Below are positions 51,470 through 64,000 of a stretch of DNA of 64,000 nucleotides, in pieces. Source of the stretch: Octopus bimaculoides (lineage: Eukaryota); contig NC_068982.1 in NCBI RefSeq assembly GCF_001194135.2, forward strand, positions 3,174,198 to 3,238,197, read 5' to 3'. The position numbers were made by a program, and so were the translations under genes. The notes beneath the pieces are model-generated. The model saw only the letters and a program-made list of their open reading frames with translations, searched no databases and was not told the DNA's origin. Position 1 is the stretch's first letter. Every line of letters starts with the position of its first letter.

Positions 51470-51700
51470 TTCTTTTTTATTCACCACAACAATGTCCGGT
51501 TTCTGGTCAGGTGATCGCACTGAATCATTGCATCCACAGGATTTTGCAATCTTCATACTCTATGATTCCTTCTGGGGTTTACTCATACCACGCTTTTACT
51601 CTTTGTAGGCCTTGATTTCCACTGAGCTCGCAATGGATCATTTTTGCCACATTGTCATGTGGTTTATTGTAATCGCGAACGGAATTTCGTAACCGATGAA
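51470..51700 (-). mobile_element. R4/Dong-type restriction-like endonuclease fragment
   Basis: Minus strand: HDNVAKMIHCELSG...WYE*TPEGIIEYEDCKILW...IQCDH...KPDIVVVNKK. Confidence 0.8.
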
Positions 51701-52090
51701 TATCTAAGGATTTTTACATCTTTCTTCATTGACAATTTAACCTACATAATAGATCTACAGCTACGGCGAATTCAACAATTTCTCTTTAGATCGAAAAGAA
51801 ATAAAAAACCATGATAAATAGAGTTAATCGATTGGCCTCTCGTCAGAAATGTCCACATCTCTTAAACAAAGAAACAAGTAGCCAGTCTGTAAGTATACAC
51901 ATTGAATCAAAGGTAACTATAGCTACTAATTTCCAAGTTATAATTATTTCACACCTGAATATCATCCGCCTGTCGATGGGAATTTCAGACCTCACAGTAA
52001 CGAGGTATGATACAATATACGTAAATATACGTTGTAGATTCGAACATGGGAAATTAAACTATTTCTCCATAGACTGACAACATGAGGAAT

Positions 52091-52156
52091 GGCCTTCATA
52101 GAATTTCGAACCTTGTTAGGTTCTCATCAGAAGTGCGTACATCACTTCACCAATTC
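52091..52156 (-). ncRNA. Hammerhead catalytic core with non-cleavable triplet
   Basis: Minus strand reads CTGATGA-GAACCT-AACA-AGGTTC-GAAA, a perfect core with a 6-bp stem II. Both possible topologies give G at position 17. Confidence 0.45.
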
Positions 52157-52449
52157 CTATGTAGCAAGCAGCTAAACCTTTAGAGTTTTATCATTTCCTG
52201 GGAAAACGTGCAAAAATTTGTTTTCAAAATACATTAAGAGATACGCTTGGTGATTAAATGAATTATGTTTCTTTTAATAACCGAACTATTCCCAGTAACC
52301 ATATGTTGCTTTTAAGACTTTACAATTGTTTTAGTTTTACTGACAGGAGTCAAAATATACAAATTCCGGATAAAGTTCTTTGATATTCTTTGAACATTTA
52401 TGTTTCTAAGAAACATGCAAACACACATTCATTCACTTTTATATATTGC

Positions 52450-52614
52450 TTTCAAATTTTGACACAGGTAGCAGTCTCAGGAGCGTTCAATTAGTACTTA
52501 TTTTATCGACCACGAAAGGTTGAAAGGCAAAGTTGACCTGAGCGGAAATTGAATTCAGAACATAAAGACAGACGAAATGCCGCTAAGCATTTTGTCCATC
52601 ATGCTAACGATTCT
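52450..52614 (-). mobile_element. SINE family A
   Basis: Reverse complement contains aatcgttagcatg...gaattcaatttccgctcaggtcaactttgcctttcaacctttcgtggtcgataaaataagtac. Confidence 0.85.
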
Positions 52615-55300
52615 TCACTTTGTATTTTACAGTCTTGAAAAGTTGTATTTGTGGACATCGTGTTTCAAAAATAATAACTCTAAATAATGTTTCAGTTGTA
52701 TTCGTTTTCAAAATCAACCATCACGCAAATATTTGTCCTACTATTTCGTTTGAGAGGTTCACAATTCGAAATTTATAACAAGAAAATATATCTCACGAAC
52801 ACTGAATTAATTATTGTTATGATAAAATTCCTAAAGGCGATATATTTTTCTCACTCCTCCATTCCTATAACAATACCAGCTTATAATTTTGTTTTGTTTT
52901 GCAATGTTTGACACTTTTCAATGACTATCAAGAAATTAATTAGCCATCGAATTAGATTTTGAGAATAACTGATAACATATATTGCCGTTAATTTCTTCTG
53001 GCGTTGACAATTCTGTTAAATTCAAGTTGATGGAATTTAAGCGTAAAATAGCCTAGTCAACAGGAGAAATTCTTATTTATTCTCCTTTATATTTTAACAA
53101 CTCTAGAATCCAAATTACGTGTTATGCGAACCTAAAATATATTAAAGCGCGTTCTGATTTATAATTAAAAATTCAATTTACCTAAATTTTGTCGATATTG
53201 TTAAATGCACAAATACCAACAATTATTTCTCGATCTAATTAGGAGAATGTCGTTTGGTTCCATATATATGGTTCTCAAAACACTGTTTCGTACTTATTTT
53301 AGTGTGTTAAGATTTCATATATAATAAATCACATATCTATTATATTTTCAACTCACAAGGTTTGATATTGTATTATATATAAATTTATTTACCATTATAT
53401 GTTCAGCAAGTCCAAAAGTGGACAATTAGATTATTACTTCTTCGTGTACAATGTATCCAGACTGAGCGCCACTATCATCTAATGCAATGGACTATAACCA
53501 TTCCATACCAATGACCACTTTGATAACTATTTTCTTTTGCTTGGACCTCATAGCTATTTGATGTTTATAGACACCTTTTATGTTTTTATATTTAAATATT
53601 GTTAGGAATCGTATAAAACAATTGTTAAAATATTTTGTATCGTAGATGCCTAACCATGCAGATAAGTTTGAACAACAAAATCCAAGGGTCACATGGATCC
53701 CGATTGAGAATCATTAGTCAAATGGAATACATCGCACCTGAATAATGGCGATATGGCTCACTAAAGTAAATCCTTCGAGCTTCGTGGAACGTTTAGAATA
53801 TTTGGAAACCACATACGAGTGGCACCTACCATTTACTTAATTCAAGCTAATTAACAATTCTTTTAGATAAAAGCAATGTATTTGGTGAAGGACAATTAAG
53901 AGGCTTGATTTAATATCATCGGCAACAAGGAGCCTCTACTTTGTGAACACGATCTAATAGAATACCATCTTAAAAAAAGGAAGTGAAGTGTGAACTGGTG
54001 AGATTTTTATACAGTGTATCTGAACAAAATACACGAAAGTCACGTACGGGATGCTATTATCCATAGATCTAATTCTTCAAAAACTGAGTGGTTCTAAATA
54101 AAAGCATTAGCAATGTTACCAAACGAACCATATTGAAGCCTTGTCATATTCACAACTTGGTAATATTTTTAGGAGTGTTATGTCATTTAACGATAACTTC
54201 AAAAGGGAACGACGTTCAGATGGCGAATTAGTTCGTCGATAATTACCGCATTTCAAAACGATCACTACGTGTATGGTTGTATATTGGATCTTATAATAAT
54301 ATTCATTACAATTGTTTACAAGAAGAAAATCAGAGCACTCAATACGCAAGATAAAGTGGAATATGTATGTTGTTGATAAAATGGTAAGAGAGCTGATCAC
54401 AAAAGGTCTCCAGAGAAGAAATCCCCATTCAAGCAAGTGTTTTGGCCGATGACTTCTTACACTTTAAAGAGGTCAGGTCCTATCCGGGTCATGACTCCTG
54501 GGTTCCCTTCTGCTGACACTTTTTAACCACTTGTTATATCAGAGACTTGTTCGGTATTTAAACCGTTTGGAATTACCTCTAGTTGTAACTCTTTGCTGTC
54601 GACTCAGTTTTCAAACCTACACTTAAAAAAGAAATAAAGTTGATTGTAATGGCAGCGGTGAAACGTCAGCTCTATCACAATGTCTCACTCAGAGCTACTT
54701 CCCCTAGCATTAAAATACGAAACTATTGCCTACAAACGATATGGTGGTCGTTTTTGTTCCTCCACAACCAGATCCAGTTGGAACAGCTCTCAGCTCCCTT
54801 AAACATTCCCTGTTCTTTACCACTTTATTGACATCATACTTTGAATATTTCTTTTAAACACAAGACATCATGATCCACAGTTATTCATTCTAGAGTGCTG
54901 GACACTTTCCATACTCAAAACTCAAACTTTTACTCGAATGTGCACAACGTACTAGAACTGTTAAAATTTCGACCAGATGGTCTGCCCTGGATTCTGCGTC
55001 TCGAAATGTTGGAAGGTATTCTCGGGTGTCTGTTATTTTTCTAGGTTTATTTATAAAACCTATAAGTTTTTCGTGAGGAATTCATGATCCGAAATAAGTA
55101 AAATACTAACCATTGTATTTGTTTGGGAGGGAGGAGAGAGGCAGACAGATAGACAGGCAGAGAGAGGCAAAGAGAAAATGAGACGCACAGACACACACGC
55201 ACAAACAAAGATATGAAAAATTGACTATTTATAATTGGAAATGCATCGAAGGAGAGAGCGAAATTTGGAAAAATCTAATGAGTTGGAAAACTAAATATCT

Positions 55301-55521
55301 TGGTGGCGAGCTGGCAGAGACATTAGCACGCCGGATAAAATGCCCAGCGGCGTTTCTTCTATCTTTATGTTCTGAGTTCCAATACCGCCGAGATCGACAT
55401 TGCCTTTTATCTTTTTGGGGTGGATAAAATAAGTACTAATTCACCCCTAGGGTCGATGTCATCAACCATCACCTCTCCCGGAAAAAACAATTTCAGGCCT
55501 TGTGCCTATAGTAGAAAGGAT
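55301..55521 (+). mobile_element. SINE family A
   Basis: ggtggcgagctggcagagacattagcacgccgg...gagttccaatacc...ggccttgtgcctatagtagaaagg. Confidence 0.9.
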
Positions 55522-55759
55522 ATATGTTATAGCAATTTACCGGCGGCAGAGATTCACAATATAAAGTGCAGAGACTATGATGAGTCGATGTAAATTCTAT
55601 TGTGTTAAAACCAATGAAGGAAATAGAAAGATTACATGTCATCAAGATAAATAACTAACTTCAAAACTAATAACTAACTCTTCAGTGATTTAATACGATC
55701 ATTATCGTCTGCAGTCAGTCATCACGACTCGCAATTTTTCCTATTTTGCTTTTACATGA

Positions 55760-55990
55760 CTTATTAAGCTTTCTCCATACAGGTCGATTTTTCGCTTGAT
55801 TTGCCATTTATTGTGACCAATTCTTTTTCACTTCATGTTCCTTTTTTGCAGTATTTTTGAATCTCAGGTTTTCCATGGATACTTTTCCTCTTGCATATTT
55901 GGGAGAAAAGCATTCGTCTAGAGAACCTCTGAGTGACCCAGCCAGTTTCTTTCAATGAGGGTTTCCATCATATGAGACAGACCAACACAC
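55760..55990 (-). mobile_element. RTE-clade LINE C-terminal fragment
   Basis: Minus strand: RNWLGHSE...YARGKVSMENLRFKNTAKK...MANQAKNRPVWRKL resembles RWLGHV.RM...G.RS.GRP.LRFKD...A.DR..WR. Confidence 0.55.
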
Positions 55991-56662
55991 AGCCTATGCT
56001 AAATATCAGACTGACTAAAGAGTTTCGTTTATTTACATTTTATACAGTTGATTTCATTTTATTTCCATTCACTCATTTTGGTCTATTTACTTTATATTTT
56101 TGATTTTTATTTCCATTAATATATTTTGGTATTTCTTATCGCTTCTGTCTATTTGAATCTACGTATTGTGCTTTGTCAAAGGAATGATAAAAGTAAAATA
56201 TAGATATAAAACAATGGGAAATTATAGGTAATCCAAGATTGGTCTCTCACTACAGAAACAATTGTAGTGATTNNNNNNNNNNNNNNNNNNNNNNNNNNNN
56301 NNNNNNNNNNNNNNNNNNNNNNNNNNNNNNNNNNNNNNNNNNNNNNNNNNNNNNNNNNNNNNNNNNNNNNNNNNNNNNNNNNNNNNNNNNNNNNNNNNNN
56401 NNNNNNNNNNNNNNNNNNNNNNNNNNNNNNNNNNNNNNNNNNNNNNNNNNNNNNNNNNNNNNNNNNNNNNNNNNNNNNNNNNNNNNNNNNNNNNNNNNNN
56501 NNNNNNNNNNNNNNNNNNNNNNNNNNNNNNNNNNNNNNNNNNNNNNNNNNNNNNNNNNNNNNNNNNNTATATATATATATCTACCTATATATGTATGTAT
56601 ATATATGGAGGGAGAGAGAGACATATATATACATGCATATATGAATATATATATATTTATAA

Positions 56663-56696
<34 letters not shown>

Positions 56697-57932
56697 CTAT
56701 ATAAATGTAGCTTTGTGTGTCTATGTGTTTGTGTTTGTGCGTGTGTGTGTGTCTGCGTGTCTGTGTGTGTGTGTGTATGTGTGTACATATATGCGTACAC
56801 GTACGAAGATTTATTCTTATATAAGTTGCAAGTAACATAAACGTCGCATCAGGTCATTTCTCTAAAAATTTGAAATGAAATATTTCATGAGATGTTTTTT
56901 TGTATTTAATCCTGTATTTCTCAATAAGATATTTACTTTTACAAAGAAAACTTTGCTTTCAATAATAACGTTCTCTATAACCTGTATGTTTGCATTATCT
57001 CCATAGACAGAGCTATCATACTGAACAAACTGTTCATGTTATTTTCAGTTTTCATTCACTTTGTTACTACTAACAACAAAAATTATTTTTCCACCAAGTC
57101 TAAACCAGGCATTAAATGCATTTCCTTGTTAACTATTGAGACGCAGCGTCACACATCAATATGTTGTTATCTGGACGGGTTTCAAAGGCGAGGAATAAAG
57201 CGCGTTTTCATGTTTATTTCTTCCCTGTGGGAATGAAAAACAAATACAAGGTATTTGCCTCTTTTCACACAGATGCCATTTTTTAACGTCCAACTATATT
57301 TCCGTTTTTAAGGGCATGAGGTATTTTTTCCTAAGACTTTTAACTCTTCAAAGCTTGAGTATTAAAGGAATTATTCAAGTAGGAAGATTAGAAACTATAA
57401 ACAACATGTTAGATTGTATTTCATTTTTGATGGTTAATTTTTTTTTATCGCCTAGAAAACGATAGGTTATGAGATAGTGGCTAGTTATTCACGAAGCTTA
57501 TAAATATCAAGATTTGACAAGTGAAAGACTTTTCCCTTTTTTATTCAAGCAATCCTACTTATTCAGAGGAATACGTTAGTCAGGTTGTTTTGAAGATTTA
57601 GTTTACTCTAAAGATTCTAGTAAAGATTGCATTACAGTAAATATACTACGGAGTCTGCCAGAATGGTAGGGAAAATTTCGATGATGTATTGTAAAGAAAA
57701 AAAAGAAAGAAGTTCAGCATTTGGGAATAGAATTTAAATGGGTTATTAAACATCTAAAGGACATTTGTTTCGATGCTTTCATTGATTTGTTTTGATATAT
57801 TATAGAAATGTTATCTTGAGCATTTTATGTTCGATACAGACAGATGCAAACATCTATGCACAATCATACGGAAATATAAATAGATAGCTGCACGAAAATT
57901 CACAGAACACACCCACGTATGCAATACACACA

Positions 57933-57966
<34 letters not shown>

Positions 57967-59489
57967 TAGATACATACATACATACATACATACATACATA
58001 CATACATACATACATACATACATACATACGGGATGTTCGTATGTAGTATATATTTCGGAATATATGTGGCATGAGTGAGAGTGAAGACAAGAAAAGTGAT
58101 CTATAAAGAAAGAGGGAAAGAGAGAGAGTACGATATTTTATATCTAAATGACAGTCAATTTTTAGTTATCACTGTTAGCTCTCCGCCGAGGTTAACGGTG
58201 ATGAAATATGACGTCCGGAAGGAGCAGTTGATCTTAACTGCACATTGCTTTTATTAAGGTGTATGCGAGCGTGTATATATGGCTGTGTGTGCTTGTTTAC
58301 ATGTTTAAAAAAACAATTTCAATAAATGAAATTGCTCACTTTCTATAGAAAGATAGATAATCGACAGAAAGATAAGTAATCTGCAGTATAATGTGGATAT
58401 TCTGGTACTTATAGTTTAGTAGTGCCGCTAATTTCTCTATAGAAAATTGTATACGGCGACCACTGAAAGCGGTGTGTAGCTATCCATGAAAGTGTCAGCC
58501 GACAAACATTAACTTCTTTATTGCCTACTTAACGGCATGTTTATGATATATGAAAGAATGTTTCAGATAACGCATGCAAATTTAAATTTTTGAAGTTTTC
58601 GCATAAAAGCAAAAGCTTCCGTCTACTTGCCTACAATTTGTGTAAGAAGTTGCGTTTTGTCAATGCTTGATGATGGTGATGATGATATATGTATGTGTGT
58701 GTGTAGGTGTGTGTGTGCGTTTGTGTGTGTATGAAGGTATATGTATGAATGTATATANNNNNNNNNNNNNNNNNNNNNNNNNNNNNNNNNNNNNNNNNNN
58801 NNNNNNNNNNNNNNNNNNNNNNNNNNNNNNNNNNNNNNNNNNNNNNNNNNNNNNNNNNNNNNNNNNNNNNNNNNNNNNNNNNNNNNNNNNNNNNNNNNNN
58901 NNNNNNNNNNNNNNNNNNNNNNNNNNNNNNNNNNNNNNNNNNNNNNNNNNNNNNNNNNNNNNNNNNNNNNNNNNNNNNNNNNNNNNNNNNNNNNNNNNNN
59001 NNNNNNNNNNNNNNNNNNNNNNNNNNNNNNNNNNNNNNNNNNNNNNNNNNNNNNNNNNNNNNNNNNNNNNNNNNNNNNNNNNNNNNNNNNNNNNNNNNNN
59101 NNNNNNNNNNNNNNNNNNNNNNNNNNNNNNNNNNNNNNNNNNNNNNNNNNNNNNNNNNNNNNNNNNNNNNNNNNNNNNNNNNNNNNNNNNNNNNNNNNNN
59201 NNNNNNNNNNNNNNNNNNNNNNNNNNNNNNNNNNNNNNNNNNNNNNNNNNNNNNNNNNNNNNNNNNNNNNNNNNNNNNNNNNNNNNNNNNNNNNNNNNNN
59301 NNNNNNNNNNNNNNNNNNNNNNNNNNNNNNNNNNNNNNNNNNNNNNNNNNNNNNNNNNNNNNNNNNNNNNNNNNNNNNNNNNNNNNNNNNNNNNNNNNNN
59401 NNNNNNNNNNNNNNNNNNNNNNNNNNNNNNNNNNNNNNNNNNNNNNNNNNNNNNNNNNNNNNNNNNNNNNNNNNNNNNNNNNNNNNNNN

Positions 59490-59531
<42 letters not shown>

Positions 59532-60029
59532 TAAATATAGAGAGAGTGACAGACAGACAGATACACAGAGTGAGGGACAAAGAGATTAGAGAGAAAACAA
59601 AGCTAGATTGTCTTTTCCTGACTTATATAGTCATGTCGTCTGAGAGATAATTCCTTATTGAAAATATCCATTGTATAAGGACTGCCCTTATAAGCAGTTT
59701 ACATAACCAAGCATTTAGAGAGTGCGTACCAAACGTAAGCATACTTCAATGTGTATAATGGACATCGGTTATATATGTGGCGTCAGCGACTGTAAATACC
59801 GAGTTGAAATAATTCAATAAATTTTATTAAAACCAAAGGAAAAAGGGTGGAGAATCTTTCGTTATCATATGCAAGAACTGACTATTTTCTCTTTGTATTG
59901 TTTCAGATTATAGGCAGAGACAAAGATAGCAATCAGATTACAGCGCTCCTTGCAGACAATCCTACATTTTATTATTTGAATTTGGCTCCAAACCAATAAT
60001 CACCGGTCATTATCATGGGTACATTGGTG

Positions 60030-60031
<2 letters not shown>

Positions 60032-60100
<69 letters not shown>
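60032..60100. repeat. (GATA)n microsatellite
   Basis: Directly visible. Confidence 0.95.
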
Positions 60101-60959
60101 GTTGCCTTGGTAAAAGACAACTAAGCGAATAATGAACACCGCATTGGTGGATGAAGAATTGCTTTTAATTGACTGAATGGTTCTATTGCAGTGTTATAGT
60201 AATACAGGTTTCATGCTAAATGTAATGAATTTTAGCAAATTCTTAACAGCAGATAGAATAACACCGAGATGCTAGTCATATTTCTTACGCGGGGAAAAAT
60301 ACTGAGGTTTAATGCATCGTATGGCATAAACGTGGCCACAGATCATCCTAAATGCTTCCTGGCACCAACAGAAATACACTTTCCACGTTCAAATAAATAT
60401 TCAATAGTAATTAATAGAAAGATGTTTTAATGATATGTATAACAGCCGCTCAAACATGGGTCTACAAATTTTTTATCACAAGTGAAACAACCCAAATAAC
60501 ATTATTGAACCACTAAGAAAGTGCAGACCCCTCCCATAATTAACTGATAAATACCATTTTCCACATAGAGCTGGTATGGCTCTTATGACAGCATTATTCT
60601 ATCTGCGACTGAATAATTGATAAAATGGCTGCGGTTCAGCATGAAACCATTGGAGCCGCATTAACACATGTATCTAAACGTATATACATTCTCACGCATA
60701 CACAAGCATGCATATAATTATATACATATGTATGTAAACATAAACACACACAACACATATACACACATTGCATGTTGTCGGACGAATGAGAAAATAGTGC
60801 TCAATACATGCTGTAGGGTATATATAGGTTTTTTTTATTATTATTAAAACTGACGATGAGAGATTGTCTCGCGACTCGACTTCCATACTGCTACGATCTT
60901 TAGTTAATGAAGACAAACGTTAAGAATTTCATTCTGCAACCCCTTGAATTTCTTTCTCT

Positions 60960-61370
60960 TCTCAACGACCGCCAGCATGGCTTTTGCCGAAAACCCACTG
61001 GAGACTTACCTTTGACACTCACCATTGGTTCCTACTTTTAAAACTTTCGGTAAAAATAGTGATGTTCTTCTCGAACTCGGAAAAATATTTGTCCATCTCT
61101 GGCCATGCAAATCTAAAAAATCGTCCCGGCTACAAGCTCCTCTTTGTGTCACCCCTTTCAGATCTATAATTTCCTATCTGATCGCATCACCACAAAATTA
61201 ACTATCGTGGTTTCCGTTTTGTCAGCATCTCTCTCAATCTTCCATAATTCGGTTACGTACATGCAGCCATATCCAAAACGCTAACTCATCCAGATGATGC
61301 GACTCTCTTCATTCCTACCTGCTGACATTCTCAAAAGATATCAGGGACTGAATTTAGCTGGGGTAAATAT
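60960..61370 (-). mobile_element. RTE-clade LINE endonuclease C-terminal fragment
   Basis: Minus strand: GRNEESRII...RFGYGCMYVT...TTIVNFVVMRSDRKL resembles G.RNEEG.RI..FA..F....NT.F.K...T.IDF.L.R..DRKL. Confidence 0.5.
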
Positions 61371-61809
61371 TGAAAAAATATTCTTAAATTCTTGAAAGAC
61401 AAAGGACAACTAAAATCTTATTAAGTAACATTATATGAATGACTGCACTATTTCACCCACATCTGATTAGGAGTGCCACAGATACGTAGCGTTAGAAATA
61501 GATGAAAATATTTCCTTTGAGGAACCCTGTAACATGAAGCACATAACCACAGAATAATTATGGTCCTGCAACACATCGGTAGCTCGCAGTTCGATTGAAG
61601 GTACCTGTGCGCATACAAACATTCGGCCCCTGGATTATAGATGCTAAATGAAATCCAGGATGTAGATGTAAAACCCGAAAATTTATACTTGAAATTTCAA
61701 TATAAAACGAAATTAAGATGGCGAATGTTTAGCATCGATTCAGCATAAAACCATAGAATATTACATATTATCTTTTCCATGACATCTGCTAAAGACCGAA
61801 TGTCCAAAT

Positions 61810-62026
61810 ATTCTTTTCTATTCAGGGCACAAGGCCCGAAATTTTAGGGGAAGGAGCCACTCTATTAGAGTGATCCCATTACGCAGCTGGTACTTAATTT
61901 ATCGACCCCGAAAGGATGAAAGGTAAAGTCGATCTCGGTGGAATTTGAACTCAGGACGTAAAGAAAGACAAAATACTGTTAAACATTTCGCTCGGCACGC
62001 TAACGTTTCTGCCAGCTCGCCGCCTT
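61810..62026 (-). mobile_element. SINE family A
   Basis: Reverse complement: aaggcggcgagctggcagaaacgttagcgtg...gagttcaaattccaccgagatcgac...gggccttgtgccc. Confidence 0.9.
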
Positions 62027-62113
62027 GTCCAATGTCCCCCATATTGCCATGGATGAAGCCTGCACACGTGAGACCAATAACATCAGGCAAGTTGAAAAGA
62101 AACTTTTCTGAAA

Positions 62114-62302
62114 GTGAAGTATATTTGCCACCTAAATGTGGCTAACCCTTAAGGGTTGATTCTACTAATGTTTTTAGTCCTGGGAAGACATCTCCTCCAG
62201 CTGGTTATTGACACACTACCTGTGCCCTATCAGTATTTTCAAAGGGAAGCCATCCTTCCCATCTCCAGGCTTAGCCACATTGAAGTGGCAAATATACTTC
62301 AC
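62114..62302. mobile_element. MITE-like element with about 33-bp terminal inverted repeats
   Basis: GTGAAGTATATTTGCCACCTAAATGTGGCTAA at the left end versus the reverse complement of the right end, GTGAAGTATATTTGCCACTTCAATGTGGCTAA. No target-site duplication is visible. Confidence 0.6.
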
Positions 62303-63179
62303 GATGTCGTGCAGCTACTGTTTATACGTCGCTCAGAGATTTATTATTTTCTGAAATTATTCTTTGATTATTGACGAAAGATACACAGGACATACGGCCC
62401 CTCCCTGTAAAATTGCATAGTTCTATCGCGTAGGTCATCGGGGAGACTTTTCTGACGGACAGTAAGTTTTGAGGAAGAGAAGAAGAATTGATGAGTGTAA
62501 AGTAGAGAAGAGAGAGAGATAAAAAGCGAATGGACAACGTTCATCCAGGTGGAAACAGTTTCTCCAACCTCTTTCCCTCCTTTCAACTTGTTTATTTTTT
62601 CTTCGCTTCTGTTTCCTTCTTTTTTCTTACTTCTCGTGTTTCCTGTGCTTCAGACGTTGTAAATTGTTTATGAGGAGTTGTTAGTATGAAAAAGAGAGCG
62701 CAGAAGAGGGTAGAGAGAGCGAGAAATGCGTAGAAGGAGAGCATTTGTGTCAATTAACAGTCAATGGAGGAAGAGAAATAAAGTCTTAAGAGAAAGAAAG
62801 AAAAACAAAAAAGAGAAACATATTGGGAGAGAGAGAGAGAAAGAGAGAGAGAGAAAGAGAGAGAGAGAAAGAGAGAGAGAGAAAGAGAGAGAGAGANNNN
62901 NNNNNNNTTGGGAGAGAGAGAGAGAAAGAGAGAGAGAGAAAGAGAGAGAGAGAAAGAGAGAGAGAGAAAGAGAGAGAGAGGGGGTGGTATATGATTAATG
63001 AAAAAGCCCGAGGAAGTGGGAAGAAGTAAAAAATAGAGAGAGAGTTTGAAGTGAGACAGCAGTCGAGGAAGAAACAATTTGCATATAAAAATGAATGTGC
63101 AAGAAGAATCCGTCATACACAGGCTCAAAGCCTCATATACACACAAATTTATATGCATACATATCTGTATACACACACG

Positions 63180-63227
<48 letters not shown>

Positions 63228-63274
63228 NNNNNNNNNNACAAATTTATATGCATACATATCTGTATACACACACG

Positions 63275-63311
<37 letters not shown>

Positions 63312-63332
63312 GCATACATATATAATATATAT

Positions 63333-63498
63333 ATACGACGAGCTTCTTTCAGTTTCAGTCCACAAAATCCTCTCATGAAGACAGGTTGACCTAAGGCTAT
63401 AGTAGAAGATATTTGCCTAAGATAACTCGATGTAGGACCGAACACGGGACCATATGCCTGAGAAAGCAAACCTCTTACCACACAGCCACGTCTGCAGC
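63333..63498 (-). mobile_element. SINE family B 5' half
   Basis: acgacgagcttctttcagtttc...ggctatagtagaaga...cttaccacacagccac. Confidence 0.8.
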
Positions 63499-64000
63499 TA
63501 TTTGTAGCAATTTATAAAGTACATATGGTTGTATTAGGGATACATATTGTAATACAAAACAGTAATAAAAAGAAGATAAAATAAGAAAAAATATACAAAA
63601 ATATTGTGATATAATCTGATGCCAGTATATAATAGCAACTTGAGTTTTCTATCTGTTAATTTTATGGGGATCTACAGTAAAAGTTGAATATTTTGATACC
63701 ATTTTTCCTGGTACTAACCAATTTTTAGTCAAAGAGTATAATGTGAGGAGCATTTACGAAAAAGCTGTTTATCAATATTTGTTGAAAAGAATTATATCTA
63801 GACAGCCTTGTGGTGTTAATCGTTAAGATATAACACATACTGTTCATTAAGTTCTGTTAAATGTTCATGTGGGAAGAGTGGGGATACTAACAGAGGTTTC
63901 GATTAAGATTTGTATCGCTTTATTCTGCGTTCCTTGCACATCACAGAGCCTCTGTTCTTCAATGCTTTCACTTTTCATTCAAATAAGAACACTAACTACA

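Noticed and set aside
54894-55015. 122-nt plus-strand exon candidate (VLDTFHTQ...FRPDGLPWILRLE)
   Set aside because: Two frames are open, the donor is weak, and there is no recognisable homologue or partner exon.
60846-60890. CTGACGA-T-GAGA/TCTC hairpin
   Set aside because: GAAA is replaced by GCGA and helix III does not pair.
61023-61112. 90-nt minus-strand exon candidate (FAWPEMDKYFSEFEKN...) with gtgagt and gtaagt donors
   Set aside because: It sits inside sequence that translates as an RTE endonuclease remnant; there is no independent support.
62820-63330. Direct duplications flanking the 10-11 N gaps (62820-62980 and 63138-63330; similarly 7400-7590)
   Set aside because: Identical sequence on both sides of tiny gaps is typical of unmerged contig overlaps.

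Overview
This is AT-rich animal genomic scaffold sequence with 16 N-gaps and dense microsatellites. The SINE families and microsatellite load suggest an Octopus or other cephalopod intronic or intergenic region; that assignment is an inference from memory, not a database hit. I could not identify any host protein-coding gene with confidence. Most ORFs in the supplied track are microsatellite or N-run artefacts, and the non-trivial ones are decayed transposon proteins. The window holds about 27 copies or fragments of three tRNA-derived SINE families (here called A, B, D), at least four Penelope-like element (PLE) relics, three R4/Dong-type restriction-like-endonuclease LINE relics, several RTE relics (one with C2H2 zinc fingers), a CR1-clade endonuclease relic, an internally deleted mariner and two MITEs. 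The most interesting signal is a set of hammerhead ribozyme motifs. Two well-formed type I motifs lie at the 3' ends of PLE relics (6291-6355, 42821-42868), each with a palindromic helix III suited to dimeric cleavage. Degenerate motifs occur at 42465-42505, 52091-52156 (minus) and 23521-23565. Also notable are inverted SINE pairs that could form long dsRNA, divergent or inverted retroelement halves, modular tail swapping among SINEs, and two speculative exon candidates. All protein and family assignments come from manual translation and recalled motifs; no searches were run. Repeat boundaries are approximate.
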